DNA from: Candidatus Moraniibacteriota bacterium
GTDB taxonomy: Bacteria > Patescibacteriota > Minisyncoccia > Moranbacterales > GCA-2747515
Length of the DNA stretch: 63,210 bases
Reading direction: 5' to 3'
Assembly (NCBI GenBank): GCA_023133275.1
Contig: JAGLWU010000020.1
Location: 1 to 63,210, forward strand
Positions 62,963-63,210 of the stretch are shown here, piece after piece. The notes under the pieces are model-generated. The model was not told where the DNA came from, did no database searches, and saw nothing but the letters and a program-made list of their open reading frames with translations. Within the stretch, counting starts at the first letter, position 1. Every line of letters starts with the position of its first letter. Position numbers and translations under genes: made by a program.

Positions 62963-63210
62963 ATGAAAGAAATTTTAAGGAAAAATAAAGAAAAAATTAT
63001 AGTAAATTCAACTATTGGACTTATTGTTGTTTTACCTACAGCAATTGTTACACTTATTACTTCTAATGAAAAAGATTTGAGTTTATTTAAAACATTTTTT
63101 AATTTTAAAATACCCTTATGGGTTGGATTAGCTTTTGTATTTTTTATTGTTTGGTTTTTTAATTTTATGTATAAAAAAGAAGAGAAAAGAAAATTAGACG
63201 AAATATATAA
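62963..63210 (+). CDS. hypothetical membrane protein, 3' end beyond window
   Basis: ATG at 62963. The frame is open to the window end (82 codons) with two hydrophobic helices. It is absent from the ORF track because there is no stop within the window. Confidence 0.35.
   Translation, partial: MKEILRKNKEKIIVNSTIGLIVVLPTAIVTLITSNEKDLSLFKTFFNFKIPLWVGLAFVFFIVWFFNFMYKKEEKRKLDEIY

Noticed and set aside
1-63210. Alternative genetic code (UGA or UAG reassignment), as in some candidate-phylum bacteria
   Set aside because: Housekeeping genes (pnp, ruvB, sufB, ddl, PBP1A, xseA) give full-length, motif-complete proteins under the standard code, and they end with TAA, TAG and TGA.
1-63210. Prophage, IS element or integrative element
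   Set aside because: No integrase, transposase, recombinase, capsid or terminase-like ORF was recognised. The MITE/REP-like repeats have no autonomous partner in this window.

Overview
AT-rich, gene-dense bacterial chromosome segment read in the standard genetic code. No rRNA, CRISPR array, transposase or integrase is visible. By inference it comes from a small-genome uncultivated lineage of the Patescibacteria/CPR type, based on lamin-tail-domain surface proteins, bPH membrane proteins, a PilB ATPase, few metabolic genes and many orphan membrane or secreted proteins.

Recognisable housekeeping genes:
- Cell wall: PBP1A, ddl, an L,D-transpeptidase.
- DNA repair and recombination: ruvC, ruvB, xth, xseA/xseB.
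- RNA and translation: pnp, trmB, a TrmH/SpoU methyltransferase, engB, yebC, two tRNA-Ser genes.
- Other: sufC/sufB/sufD-like, a HAD hydrolase, a fused gamma/alpha 2-oxoacid:ferredoxin oxidoreductase subunit.

Accessory content:
- 1-3651: the 3' part of an M.EcoRI-like adenine methylase, then a RhuM-like gene and a DUF262/ParB-like + HNH nuclease gene.
- 36292-38072: a compact Dcm + putative endonuclease type II R-M cassette.
- 7722-13152: four different ATP-grasp amidoligases, one fused to a retropepsin-like domain, plus a 7TM protein.
- 21897-24917: a 1006-aa PilB/GspE ATPase with two complete ATPase modules in one polypeptide.

The most striking non-coding signal is a modular, REP/BIME-like intergenic repeat system. 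It combines four parts:
- an 18-nt GC-rich box, AGCCCGTGCGGCGAGCAC, with 14 full copies (8 identical) plus one truncated copy;
- GTAG-headed palindromes whose stem sequences differ while palindromy is kept;
- phased TAGA arrays that are almost all in one chromosomal orientation;
- 160-340-bp composite or palindromic units present in several copies.

All family assignments come from motif recognition by eye. No database search was possible.
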